DNA of 44,307 nucleotides from Thermoproteota archaeon (GCA_013152575.1 JAADGB010000119.1:1-44307), one strand, 5' to 3'. Counted from the stretch's first letter, positions 17,410 to 26,516 are shown. Notes: generated by a model not told the origin, from the letters alone. Made by a program: numbers and translations.

Positions 17410-17679
17410 ATGGCAGGTGGAAACGGTGCAAGCGCAGTACTGTGTCCGAGATGTAAGGTACCCATGATATACCTGATGGAGGCGGAGAAGAGTAGCAACG
17501 AGAGGAGGATAACCAGATACTATAGGTGCCCAGCCTGTGGCACCAAGGTAGTCGTTGAGAGACTCCTCGTAAGGATAGTGGATGGAAAGATAAGGATATA
17601 CAACATGTTAACAAAAGACCGAGAAGTAATATACGCCAGGCCACAGCCGAGGCCGAGGCGTGGAAGAAGGCACAGATAG
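17410..17679 (+). CDS. Small zinc-ribbon protein with an Arg-rich tail
   Basis: 89 aa with CPRC...CPAC and the C-terminal tail RPQPRPRRGRRHR. The ATG is preceded by GAGGTGGTGA, and T-tracts follow the stop. Confidence 0.55.
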   Translation: MAGGNGASAVLCPRCKVPMIYLMEAEKSSNERRITRYYRCPACGTKVVVERLLVRIVDGKIRIYNMLTKDREVIYARPQPRPRRGRRHR

Positions 17680-17692
17680 CCCAGTGCATCCC

Positions 17693-17706
17693 TCATTTTA
17701 TTTTAT
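17693..17706 (+). terminator. Oligo-T terminator candidate
   Basis: CATTTTATTTTATCC lies directly after the zinc-ribbon ORF stop. Confidence 0.4.
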
Positions 17707-17755
17707 CCCTCGCATTGATACCATAGAATATACCGGGTCATCTCTTCATTAGGAG

Positions 17756-18373
17756 GTGCATGATAGAGAGTTGAGCCTACGAGGCTGGATAAACGATCTC
17801 AGAACAGTCACAAAGATATACCAGGATGTAAAGTCTATTGCAAGAAGAATGTTCATCACGAACTCCATAGACAGCATCATAGCCGCCCTAGGAGTCGGAG
17901 TAGGAGGATACACCCCGGACGTCAACGCGAAGCTACTAGCCATGAGCATAATAGGTGGAGGCGTGGCAATGGGATTCATCAGCGCCACGCTAGGAGTCTA
18001 CCTGTCCGAGAGGGCTGAGAGGCTCAGAGAGTTCAAAGACCTCGAGAAAAAGCTGGCAGCGAGCCTAAAAGAAAGCGTCCATTGGAAAGCAGCTAGACTA
18101 GTCCCAATATACGTAGCCTTATGGAGTGGCTTCGGCGCAGTGATCTTCCCACTATTGATTGCACTACCATTCGCAATGGCCGGGCTAGGAATTATCTCCA
18201 ATCCAACAGCATATCACGGAGCCCTCTCAGTAGGACTATTATCAATGGCGTTCCTTGGATTGTACCTGTCAAGGGTGAGTGGAGAAAACCCGTTACACTC
18301 CCTGGCAAGGACGCTCGCTATGGGTGTATTGGCTATAGTATTGGTGTCCGTGCTGAGATTCATAGTAATCTAG
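17756..18373 (+). CDS. VIT1/CCC1-family (DUF125-like) integral membrane protein
   Basis: ARRMFITNSIDSIIAALGVGVGG...GGGVAMGFISATLGVYLSERAE fits the VIT-family pattern (R..v.g..DG...lg...G, then SM..geY.Se). A coiled linker and three C-terminal TM helices follow. GTG 17756 or TTG 17771 are both possible starts. Confidence 0.55.
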   Translation: MHDRELSLRGWINDLRTVTKIYQDVKSIARRMFITNSIDSIIAALGVGVGGYTPDVNAKLLAMSIIGGGVAMGFISATLGVYLSERAERLREFKDLEKKLAASLKESVHWKAARLVPIYVALWSGFGAVIFPLLIALPFAMAGLGIISNPTAYHGALSVGLLSMAFLGLYLSRVSGENPLHSLARTLAMGVLAIVLVSVLRFIVI

Positions 18374-19617
18374 TCCCATACAGTCTTGTCTGAGACCATT
18401 GTGTAGAATATCCCGACTAGTTTCTTCAACTCGTCGAGGCTTATGTACTCGTCAGGAGCATGGGCCACCTCTCCTCCCGGACCATAGGATAGCGTCTTAA
18501 CCCCCTTGCTAGTATAGTATCTCAAGTCTAGGCCTCCTGGACACACGATAGGCTCACTCACACTCACTCCATGTATTGAAGCGGCCTTTACCAGGGCACG
18601 ATATAGTTCTCCCGGCTCATTAATGGCTGGTTCCATCATAGCAGTATACTCTACAGTATAATCTAGGCCCAGGCCGTGTCCAACCCATCTTAGGACAGCC
18701 TCGAGCTCCTTCTTTACCTCGTCAACTGTCTCTTCCGGTATAAGCCTCCTATCTATGGTAAAGTAGAACTCTCCTGGCACCTGGTTCGTCTTCCCTCCGC
18801 CACTAACGCCTGCTTCTCCTCCAATCATAATAGTCGGGTGCATTGACTCCTCCGGTATAGTCTTGTATTTACTCCTCTTCCGCGATAATATCGGTGCATA
18901 TGCTGATAACAGTTCTAAGGATAATCGGGCTCCGAGGAGGAACGCATTCTTCCCCCTCCACGGCGTACTCCCATGAGCGTTGACTCCCTTAACTTTCACC
19001 TTAGCCCATAACAGTCCTTTATGCCCATGCCAGGGATAGTTCAGCCCGCTTGGCTCCGGTATTATAACGTAGTCTGGCAGGTTTCCAGCGAGTAACTCCT
19101 CTACGAGGTAACCAGTTCCGCACTCACCGCCTATCTCCTCGTCTGGCACGAAGGCGAGTTCGATATCGTGGTAGGGCTGAGAGCCTGACTCGTGGACAGC
19201 GTATACGGCACCCATGACGGCCGCGATTCCTCCCTTCATATCAATAGCTCCTCTACCATAGAGTCTTCCATCCTTGATGACTGGCTTGAAGGGGTCTGTC
19301 ACGGTCCAGCCCTGGCCTCCAGGGACCACATCATAGTGGCCGTTGAAGTGTATCCTCTTACCTGATAGTCCCTTCACTCTTCCGAGAACAATGTATCGAG
19401 GGTTCTCTCCAGCCGATTTACAGTTCCTGGATTGGTAGCTCTTGGGGACCTCGATTACCTCAGCGGAGTCAGCGATCCTTGAGAGCTCCTTATAGAGGAG
19501 GTCGCTTATCTTATCATAGTTCTCCCCGCTAGGAGATACGCTTGGTATCTCGATAAGCTTCTTCAAGAGATCAACCGAGTACTCGTATCCTCTATCAACT
19601 AGGCTAGTTACATCCAA
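18370..19617 (-). CDS. M20-family metallo-deacylase (ArgE/DapE/LysK-like)
   Basis: 415 aa with HFNGHYDVVP, AIDMKGG and FVPDEEIGG (M20 metal ligands) plus a C-terminal HAPDEY. The start is TTG after GGTGGAG. Confidence 0.85.
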   Translation of the reverse strand: MDVTSLVDRGYEYSVDLLKKLIEIPSVSPSGENYDKISDLLYKELSRIADSAEVIEVPKSYQSRNCKSAGENPRYIVLGRVKGLSGKRIHFNGHYDVVPGGQGWTVTDPFKPVIKDGRLYGRGAIDMKGGIAAVMGAVYAVHESGSQPYHDIELAFVPDEEIGGECGTGYLVEELLAGNLPDYVIIPEPSGLNYPWHGHKGLLWAKVKVKGVNAHGSTPWRGKNAFLLGARLSLELLSAYAPILSRKRSKYKTIPEESMHPTIMIGGEAGVSGGGKTNQVPGEFYFTIDRRLIPEETVDEVKKELEAVLRWVGHGLGLDYTVEYTAMMEPAINEPGELYRALVKAASIHGVSVSEPIVCPGGLDLRYYTSKGVKTLSYGPGGEVAHAPDEYISLDELKKLVGIFYTMVSDKTVWD

Positions 19618-19740
19618 GACGCTCCACCACAGGATTCAATTACTGTTGGGGGGAGTGAGGTGGCTATAATGATTTGCATAGGAACTAGGCGGCTATAGAA
19701 ACAACTAGGTCGAATAGAGGCTGCACGGCCTCTTCCAGTA

Positions 19741-19775
19741 CGCCCCCGGGAGGCGCCTGCCTCCCCCCGGGGGCG
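19741..19775 (-). terminator. Very GC-rich hairpin immediately 3' of the AdoMetDC-like gene
   Basis: In CGCCCCCGGGAGGC-GCCT-GCCTCCC(CCC)GGGGGCG, the arms pair over about 14 bp with a 3-nt bulge. The structure starts 5 nt after the stop. Confidence 0.35.
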
Positions 19776-19779
19776 ATTC

Positions 19780-20157
19780 CTATTCCAGGCTTCTGTCGAA
19801 GTAGCCGGTCTCTACCTTCTCAGGCTGTAGTGCTTCTACGATGTAGTTGAAGGCTGCATATGGGTCTGTGTGGCTTCCACAGCTGTATACGTCTACGGTT
19901 GCGAAGTTGTACTCTGGCCATGTATGGATGGTGATGTGGCTCTCGAGGATCACAGCCACGATACTCACTCCCTCACCAATCTTCCACGATTTTACATCGA
20001 GAATCGTCATGTTCCCGAGCTCCGCAGCGTTTCTAACGATCTCCTCCAAACGGTGTGGGTCTCTTAGGATGTCATTGTTACGGCAGTTTATGAGGTTGCC
20101 GTACACGTGCTTCCCTACTACTCTTGCCTCATCGTATCTTGCTAGCTGCATCTCCAT
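19780..20157 (-). CDS. Pyruvoyl-dependent S-adenosylmethionine decarboxylase proenzyme family (SpeH-type; could be the crenarchaeal arginine decarboxylase paralogue)
   Basis: It has HVYGNLINC and [28 protein letters not shown], which contains the E-S self-cleavage site and the TWPE motif. I prefer ATG 20157 after GGTGAT over GTG 20166. Confidence 0.85.
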   Translation of the reverse strand: MEMQLARYDEARVVGKHVYGNLINCRNNDILRDPHRLEEIVRNAAELGNMTILDVKSWKIGEGVSIVAVILESHITIHTWPEYNFATVDVYSCGSHTDPYAAFNYIVEALQPEKVETGYFDRSLE

Positions 20158-20293
20158 AGTAATCACCCCCCTTTATAACCCCCTGCAATAGAGAGGGGGG
20201 TAATTGTAACAAATTAAAGTTTGACCCCCCTCAACCTGGATAATCTAGCGAGCCGAGGACGACTAGCCCCCCGGGAAAGGATGGTGCTGATGA

Positions 20294-21211
20294 TTGCTTA
20301 ACACGCTGAACAGTATGTGGAGCGACCTAGTAGGGTTCACTAAAGCTATCGGGGGAGGCATAGTCCCATACCTGGCCGCCGTCACAGTCTACATAGCTAG
20401 TTCACTAGTCTGGGGGACCCGCTGGTACATAATCTTACGAAGGCTTGGAAGCAAGGTGTCCTTCAAGAACGTCTATACCGCTATAATGGGTGGCATCCTC
20501 TTCAACAACATCACGCCCACCCTTAAACTGGGGGGCGAGGGGTTTAGGGCGGCTTGGCTGAGGCTCACCGAGGACGTGCCTACGGAGAGGTCGCTTCTAT
20601 CAATCCTCTATGAAAGGGTGACAGAGGTACCGGGGGTGGTCATAGTAGCCCTCATAGCAATACTATCCGGGCTGGGCAACTACCTAGGGATAAACTACCT
20701 ACCAGCGATAGCCCCCTTCATACTAGCGTCATCATGGATCCGTAACAAGATCGATGAGGTTAGGGGCAGGCTCCGAGGGGACGTGTCAAGCCTCCTAAGA
20801 GACTGGCGCCTCACAATACAGGCAACACTCCTCAGCATAATCTTATGGCTTATGGACATGCTGAGATTCTATTTGATCGCGCTTGCAGTCGGCGTACACT
20901 TATCCATTGGCGCCGTCGCTCTGTTATCAATCTCCTACCTGGTACTGAGTTTTGGACCAACACCTGCGGGCATCGGTTTCGTTGAAGGAGGATTAACAGG
21001 GCTCCTGGTAGGGCTCGGGGTCCCTGTGGGTAGTGCTGGGCTAATCGTCTTGGGAGAGCGTCTTATTTCAAGCGTTTTATCAAGCCTCCTAGGCTTGCTC
21101 CTGGTAACGGTTAGAGGAGGCATTAAATTATTCAAGGAGGCTTCGAGGATAGCTAGGGAGGAGCAAGAAGTTGGAAAATCTAAGGATAGTGCTGGCATCA
21201 GACTGGTATAG
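20294..21211 (+). CDS. Flippase-like membrane protein (LPG-synthase TM / UPF0104 family)
   Basis: 305 aa and multi-TM. WGTRWYIILRRLG...FNNITPTLKLGGEGFRAAWL matches the conserved R...l...g and P...GGE..R motif of this family. It overlaps the following glycosyltransferase gene. Confidence 0.7.
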   Translation: MLNTLNSMWSDLVGFTKAIGGGIVPYLAAVTVYIASSLVWGTRWYIILRRLGSKVSFKNVYTAIMGGILFNNITPTLKLGGEGFRAAWLRLTEDVPTERSLLSILYERVTEVPGVVIVALIAILSGLGNYLGINYLPAIAPFILASSWIRNKIDEVRGRLRGDVSSLLRDWRLTIQATLLSIILWLMDMLRFYLIALAVGVHLSIGAVALLSISYLVLSFGPTPAGIGFVEGGLTGLLVGLGVPVGSAGLIVLGERLISSVLSSLLGLLLVTVRGGIKLFKEASRIAREEQEVGKSKDSAGIRLV

Positions 21212-22466
21212 ACCAAGGAAAGGCGGGGTTGAGACGGCAATATACAATATAGCGAGAACCCTCCTCAGACACGGTCATGAGCCGATAATCGTCACCCATC
21301 AGAACCGCGAGCTCCCAGACCCAGAACCCTTGGAGTACGATGATGGGGTCCCTGTGGTTAGATTCAAGGTCCCGATAAAGGGAGACGACTATACTACCAG
21401 CAGAAAGGCCGCGGTCCTCCTACACGACTTCCTGAAGCATAATGCGGTGGACGTCGTCCACGGCCACTCGATGGTTTCACCATTTGCCATGATGGCAATA
21501 CATGTAGCGAAGGGATTCCTAGGAATACCAACTGTTGCTACTCATCATAGCCTGATAGCCGAGGACCTCAACCCGATTCATAAGCTCATGATAAGGTATG
21601 GGGCTTCCCGGGTCGACGTGTTAACGGCCGTGTCGAGCGTGTCGAAAAGGGATCTCGAGGAGATAGTGGGCAGACCAGTAGAACTGACATATAATTGCCT
21701 TGATCTGAGCGAGTGGCTCGACGCTGATGGAATAGACTTGGAGGGCGATCCTATACTCCTATTCGTCTCCAGGCTCACAGAAAGGAAGAACCCCCTGCTC
21801 GCGTTGGAAGCATTTAGGCGGGTGTTGAGGGAGTCTCCTAAAGCCCGTTTGTATATCATAGGGTGGGGACCCCTTGAGGAGAAGGTTAGGAGATATATTT
21901 CCCTGAATAACCTTGAGGGCAAAGCAATACTTGTAGGCGGATTAGAGAGGGATGAGGTCAAGAAGTACATGGCATCCAGCGACATATTCCTAATGCCGGG
22001 TAGGAAGGAGGCCTTCTCCCTCGTCACGCTAGAGGCCCAGGCACACGGGTTGCCAGTCGTGGGGTTCAGAGACACTGGGGTCGAAGACATAATAGTTGAT
22101 GAGGAGAACGGATACCTTGTCGAGACAGATGAGGAGTTCATCGAGAAAACAGTGCTTCTCTCATCGGATGAAGAGTTGAGGATCAAGTTCTCCGCCCACG
22201 CAAGGATAAACGCCAAGAGATTCGACTGCGATAGACTCTACGAGAGGTACATGGAGATCTACAGGTTGGCTCTCGACAACTGCTCTAGGGAGAAGAGATT
22301 CCTTCTTTATAGCCTGTTCAGACTAGCTAAACTCGACCCTGTAAAGCCCGGTGAATGGTGTGAGTCGAGAAAGCAGGAATACTACCAGCTGCCGCCTAAG
22401 AGGAGTTGTGTTCCTCACATTCGACGTAGAGCCAGACGCGCCACCATACCAGTCAGACAGCTATAA
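21171..22466 (+). CDS. Glycosyltransferase, GT4 (GT-B fold)
   Basis: It has an N-terminal RIVLASDWYRPRKGGVETAIYNIARTL and the EX7E region EAFSLVTLEAQAHGLPVVGFRDTGVEDIIVDEENGYLVE. A tail of about 70 aa extends beyond the GT core and overlaps the next gene. Confidence 0.88.
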   Translation: MENLRIVLASDWYRPRKGGVETAIYNIARTLLRHGHEPIIVTHQNRELPDPEPLEYDDGVPVVRFKVPIKGDDYTTSRKAAVLLHDFLKHNAVDVVHGHSMVSPFAMMAIHVAKGFLGIPTVATHHSLIAEDLNPIHKLMIRYGASRVDVLTAVSSVSKRDLEEIVGRPVELTYNCLDLSEWLDADGIDLEGDPILLFVSRLTERKNPLLALEAFRRVLRESPKARLYIIGWGPLEEKVRRYISLNNLEGKAILVGGLERDEVKKYMASSDIFLMPGRKEAFSLVTLEAQAHGLPVVGFRDTGVEDIIVDEENGYLVETDEEFIEKTVLLSSDEELRIKFSAHARINAKRFDCDRLYERYMEIYRLALDNCSREKRFLLYSLFRLAKLDPVKPGEWCESRKQEYYQLPPKRSCVPHIRRRARRATIPVRQL

Positions 22467-23121
22467 GGGGGTCGAGGAGGGCATACCCTGGATCCTAGAT
22501 TTCCTCGATAGCGCCGGGGTAAAGGCTACATTCTTCATCACAGGGGTTGTCGCCAAACGATACCCCGAGTTAGTCAAAGAAATAGTCGGTAGAGGGCACG
22601 AAGTAGGGAGCCATGGCCTCGACCACACACGCCTTGATAAGCTTCCCCGCGAAGAGGCTGCGAGAAACATACGTGAGAGCCTAAAGATCCTATGGGGGTT
22701 TTATAACGTGAGGAGTTTCAGGGCCCCCAACCTCCAGCTCCCATCATACCTGATTCCTAGTCTAAGGGGGTTGGGGATCACTGTAGATTCAAGTATAGCC
22801 GTTTACAAGAAAGGACACATGAAGGCTCCAGGATGGGTTCGGGGTGTACTAAGGGTACCAGCAACGGTTACCAGCAGCACGATTAGGCTTCCAGGCGTAT
22901 TGGCGAGGAGACTGACGCTTCCAAGCTCGAGGCAGTTCCACGTACTCTTCTATCATCCATGGGAGTTCGTCAGGATAAGGAGAAAGCCACTATATCGCCC
23001 AGATATCTGGATGCGCACAGGAGACTATGCTAGGAGGATGCTCGAGGCTATTATCCAGGAGGCGTTCGAGAGGGGGTTCAAGTTTGAAAAACTAGGAGAT
23101 GCCCCAAGTTTGTGTGGCTAA
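22408..23121 (+). CDS. Polysaccharide deacetylase (NodB homology / CE4)
   Basis: It has FLTFDVEPD (TFDD-type motif 1) and GHEVGSHGLDH (H-S-x-x-H motif 2). ORF track gives 22351. I prefer GTG 22408, which gives MFLTFDVE and shortens the overlap with the GT gene. Confidence 0.8.
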   Translation: MFLTFDVEPDAPPYQSDSYKGVEEGIPWILDFLDSAGVKATFFITGVVAKRYPELVKEIVGRGHEVGSHGLDHTRLDKLPREEAARNIRESLKILWGFYNVRSFRAPNLQLPSYLIPSLRGLGITVDSSIAVYKKGHMKAPGWVRGVLRVPATVTSSTIRLPGVLARRLTLPSSRQFHVLFYHPWEFVRIRRKPLYRPDIWMRTGDYARRMLEAIIQEAFERGFKFEKLGDAPSLCG

Positions 23122-23172
23122 TCACGTATAATCCCGCTGGTACACACAAAGGGTATTGCTGAGGGTGGAGAT

Positions 23173-23946
23173 TTGGCGTCGGTAGGGTTGGGAGCGGTTA
23201 CGGGTCTTTACTCTACTTACTCGTTCCAATCAGCTATCCTGATCGATAACAAGATAGTTTATGATAATGTCAAGAAGAGCCTGGAGGCGTCCTCATCTGA
23301 GAGGGAAGGATACACGGGAGTGAGATCCGTCGTTGGAGGCTACAAGGACCTGAGGCTAGCCCTCGTACAGATCCCTCCCTATCCGCAGGCGGTCGTCGAG
23401 GTAGTCTCTGAACTGTACCTACTGGGTGCTAGAAGGATCATTTTGATAGGTAGAGGTTACAGGTTGTCTAGGAGGCTCCCGCCAGATACTGTGTTGATCA
23501 CGATGGGCGCTATACCTCGAGACGCTGTTTCACAGAAGATAGCGCCGAGAGGGGCCCCGCTACTCGCATCACAGCCGCTATACTCGAAGGTCAGGGGAAT
23601 CGCTAGCCTAAGGTTCCCAGATATAGAATGGGTACAGGGATTGACCGTGACACTTGACTCTCTCAGGATGAAGTGGGTTCTCCCTGAAGCCGAGGACCTG
23701 GTCGGCACTAGAGGAGTGTTCGTCGCCGATTCCCTTGTAGCTCCACTATACGCCCTACAATACGAGTATGGTAACCTAGAGGCGGTAGCACTAATCACCG
23801 CGTTCAGACAATATAGCAGGGTCCCCACGCCCATCGAATCGCCGGCTGATGCCTACAGCAAGCTGTTGGATAAGGAGGCTAAGATACAGAACATACTATA
23901 CACTGTTGCCCTGGAAGCTCTCGCGTCTAGGGGAGAGGAGGGCTAA
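23173..23946 (+). CDS. Nucleoside phosphorylase (PNP/UDP) superfamily-like protein with a divergent active site
   Basis: VVEVVSELYLLGARRIILIGRGYRL...DTVLITMGAIPRD follows the PNP_UDP pattern (eL...G....i.iG.aG.l...GDvvi...ai..d). The usual EME motif position reads VADS. This call rests on pattern only. Confidence 0.35.
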   Translation: MASVGLGAVTGLYSTYSFQSAILIDNKIVYDNVKKSLEASSSEREGYTGVRSVVGGYKDLRLALVQIPPYPQAVVEVVSELYLLGARRIILIGRGYRLSRRLPPDTVLITMGAIPRDAVSQKIAPRGAPLLASQPLYSKVRGIASLRFPDIEWVQGLTVTLDSLRMKWVLPEAEDLVGTRGVFVADSLVAPLYALQYEYGNLEAVALITAFRQYSRVPTPIESPADAYSKLLDKEAKIQNILYTVALEALASRGEEG

Positions 23947-23951
23947 CTACT

Positions 23952-24164
23952 ATGAACGTACCAGACACAGACAGGACAATGAGGGATATAATAGACGACA
24001 TACTAGTCAGGTTCGAGATGCTAGAGAAAGAGCTATACTCCTTCTCCAAGGAGGCCAGGTATAAGGGTAAGATTGCCAGGATAAGGGACTGGGTTGATGA
24101 TATCCACGATTTATTGCTGGAGTTGAAGAAAGCCTCAGAGTCTAGTCAATCCTCTCAACAATGA
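23952..24164 (+). CDS. Small helical/coiled-coil hypothetical protein
   Basis: 70 aa with an ATG start 6 nt after the previous stop and heptad-like charged helices. Its last 23 nt overlap the convergent NfeD gene. Confidence 0.4.
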   Translation: MNVPDTDRTMRDIIDDILVRFEMLEKELYSFSKEARYKGKIARIRDWVDDIHDLLLELKKASESSQSSQQ

Positions 24165-25569
24165 GGAGGGGTCCCTCCTTCCCTACTACTCTAATCCTTT
24201 CACCCGGCTTTATCACTCCACTCCTACTCACGGCCTTCCAGTATTCACCCTCTACTATCACGAAGCCAGGCTTGTCCTCTCCTATCTCGTCTACTGCACG
24301 GCCTTCCTCGCCAACGATACTCCACACTATCGGCTTCTTCTTCCTAACCTGTATAATCTTGTATACGATGAACGCGGTCAACACGGCGAAGCTTATCCCC
24401 ACACCATAAATCGCCTTTATGAGGGAACTCGCGTATTCCGGCGAGATGGCGAAGCCGGTGCTTCCTAATGGTAGAAGGGCTATTCCAAGGACTATCATGG
24501 CTATACCTGTGCCGCCGATGACGCCGAAGCCTGGAGTGTAGAACTCTATTATTAACAGGAGTGCTCCTAGCCCCAGTAGGATTAGGCTGGCCGTGTTGGG
24601 GTTAAACCCGGTTCCCACCAGGCCCATGACTAGGAGGAGTGCTCCTATCGCGGCTGAAGCGTAGTGTCCTGAGGCGAGGCCGAATAGGATGATCAGCATA
24701 CCCATCGAGACTAGTATCCCTGATAGTAGGGGGTCTGAGAGTGTGTGTAGAAGCGTTATCCTGGGGCCTGGAGGGATCTCCTCGTATTGCCCGTTAAGCT
24801 TGAGCAGTACTGTGTCGCCGCTTGGAAGCGCTACAATGGAGCCATTTAACTGGTTTATCAAGTCTGGCATGTCTTTTGCTATCATGTCTATGACGTGGTA
24901 TCTGAGGGCTTCCTCCGCTCCATAATTATCGTTCTTTAATATGAACCTCACTAGCGCCGTGGCGTTTCTGCCTCTCGTGGCTCCATGCTCACACAATACT
25001 TTAATTATAGGATTAATTATTTTTGACTCGTTTATTGGTTCGTAGGCGCCTGTCGAGGGATTATAGGCCACGGGCTGGAGGGACCCTATTATCGTTCCAG
25101 GCTGCATAGCTGCGACATGAGTAGAGACTAGGATGAGGGTCCCCGCGCTCTCAGCCCACTTATTCACTACGAAACCCACTACAGGGACCCGGGCATTGCT
25201 GATATTGGTGACAATATTCAATGCGGCATCAACGTATCCTCCTGGCGTATTGAGTCTGAGTACCAAGACGGCGTTGTCCTGCTCAGCCTTGGTTATCGCC
25301 GCCTTAACATAATCAGCCATCGCAGTATCTATTACTCCAGTTATGTCTATGTAGTAGACTTTTGGGCCTACAACTCTATCATAGCCTGTATTGTTGGGCA
25401 TTAACCCATACTTCTTCTCTATGCTTCCACAGTACTTCTGGCCGAGATCTACTGTTTCCTGAATAGTTGTCGCGTTTTCCTCCTGTGCGATGGCTATCGA
25501 GGCGATCGACGCGAATATAACCACGAGTAGGACGAGTAGGAGGGTTTTCCTCTTGTTGGCCCTGTTCAT
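24142..25569 (-). CDS. NfeD-family membrane-bound ClpP-class serine protease (stomatin-operon partner)
   Basis: It has a signal/TM segment, a protease domain (VLVLRLNTPGGYVDAALNIV...WAESAGTLI), four or five TM helices, and a C-terminal NfeD OB-fold (VIVEGEYWKAVS...GERIRVVGKEGPLLIVE). It lies 4 nt downstream of the stomatin gene. Confidence 0.88.
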   Translation of the reverse strand: MNRANKRKTLLLVLLVVIFASIASIAIAQEENATTIQETVDLGQKYCGSIEKKYGLMPNNTGYDRVVGPKVYYIDITGVIDTAMADYVKAAITKAEQDNAVLVLRLNTPGGYVDAALNIVTNISNARVPVVGFVVNKWAESAGTLILVSTHVAAMQPGTIIGSLQPVAYNPSTGAYEPINESKIINPIIKVLCEHGATRGRNATALVRFILKNDNYGAEEALRYHVIDMIAKDMPDLINQLNGSIVALPSGDTVLLKLNGQYEEIPPGPRITLLHTLSDPLLSGILVSMGMLIILFGLASGHYASAAIGALLLVMGLVGTGFNPNTASLILLGLGALLLIIEFYTPGFGVIGGTGIAMIVLGIALLPLGSTGFAISPEYASSLIKAIYGVGISFAVLTAFIVYKIIQVRKKKPIVWSIVGEEGRAVDEIGEDKPGFVIVEGEYWKAVSRSGVIKPGERIRVVGKEGPLLIVERID

Positions 25570-25573
25570 AACC

Positions 25574-26419
25574 TTACTCCCTTCTCTCCTTGTGCTTCTC
25601 GACTGCTGAGGCTACGCCAATCATCTCGGCTGCCTGTTGTACGCCTGTGGAGGAGCTTATCACTATGAGGTTCTTCTCCTTGGCTATCTCTACTAGCGTC
25701 TGTAGCTCTCTTAGTCTCAGGGCGGCCGGGTGTGCTTCGTAGAATGAGGCCGCCTCGGCCATTATCTTCGCTGCCTGCCTCTCACCTTCCGCCTCGATTA
25801 TCCTCGCTCTCCTCCATCTCTCGGCCTCTGCCTGCTTAGCCATGGCTCTTAGCATTGATTCGGGTAGCTTTACCTCCTTGAGAGTCACGGCAGTTACCTT
25901 GATGCCCCATGGGTCTGTTAGTACGTCGAGTATCTCCTGGAGTTTCTTGTTTATCTCCTCCCTCTTTGTGAGGAGATCGTCTAGCTCAACTTGGCCTATG
26001 ACGTCTCTGAGCGTTGTCTGGGCTAGCATGAGTACTCCATAGTGGAAGTTCTCTATCTTCGTCACCGCCTTCACGGGGTCGAATACCTTATAGTATACTA
26101 CGGCGTCAACCCCGACGGTGACGTTGTCCTTCGTGATAGTCCTCTGTTCCGGTACGTCCGCCGTTACTATTCTAAGGTCTACTTTGATGAAGTTGTCTAC
26201 GAAGGGGATTATGAAGAAGAGGCCAGGTCCCTTTGCTCCTAGGAGACGGCCAAGCCTGAAGATTACTGCTCTCTCGTACTCCTTTACGACCTTTATGCTC
26301 ATAGAGAGGAATATTAGTATTATAAACAGGATTATTAGTAGCTGGACCAGCGATGTTGACAGGCTCGGCGCGCTCGGCGCCTCAGCTGTTGCAAACATAA
26401 AGATTAACCAGTCAAGCAA
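25574..26419 (-). CDS. Stomatin/prohibitin-family protein (SPFH / band 7)
   Basis: It has an N-terminal TM helix followed by VKEYERAVIFRLGRLLGAKGPGLFFIIPFVD, and a C-terminal coiled coil (AEAERWRRARIIEAEGERQAAKI). The start is uncertain (TTG 26419 or ATG 26398). Confidence 0.92.
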   Translation of the reverse strand: MLDWLIFMFATAEAPSAPSLSTSLVQLLIILFIILIFLSMSIKVVKEYERAVIFRLGRLLGAKGPGLFFIIPFVDNFIKVDLRIVTADVPEQRTITKDNVTVGVDAVVYYKVFDPVKAVTKIENFHYGVLMLAQTTLRDVIGQVELDDLLTKREEINKKLQEILDVLTDPWGIKVTAVTLKEVKLPESMLRAMAKQAEAERWRRARIIEAEGERQAAKIMAEAASFYEAHPAALRLRELQTLVEIAKEKNLIVISSSTGVQQAAEMIGVASAVEKHKERRE

Positions 26420-26516
26420 TCACGGGCACCTCACTGCGTCAATGCAATACTCCAGCCTTTTATAGTTAAGATATAATCAATCCATATAACAATAAGGTAT
26501 CCTGGAGGAATCGGAG

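Noticed and set aside
24142-26419. The stomatin-NfeD pair as a possible novel membrane system.
   Set aside because: This is a well-described conserved operon (for example Pyrococcus PH1510/PH1511). Only the gene order (stomatin first) differs.
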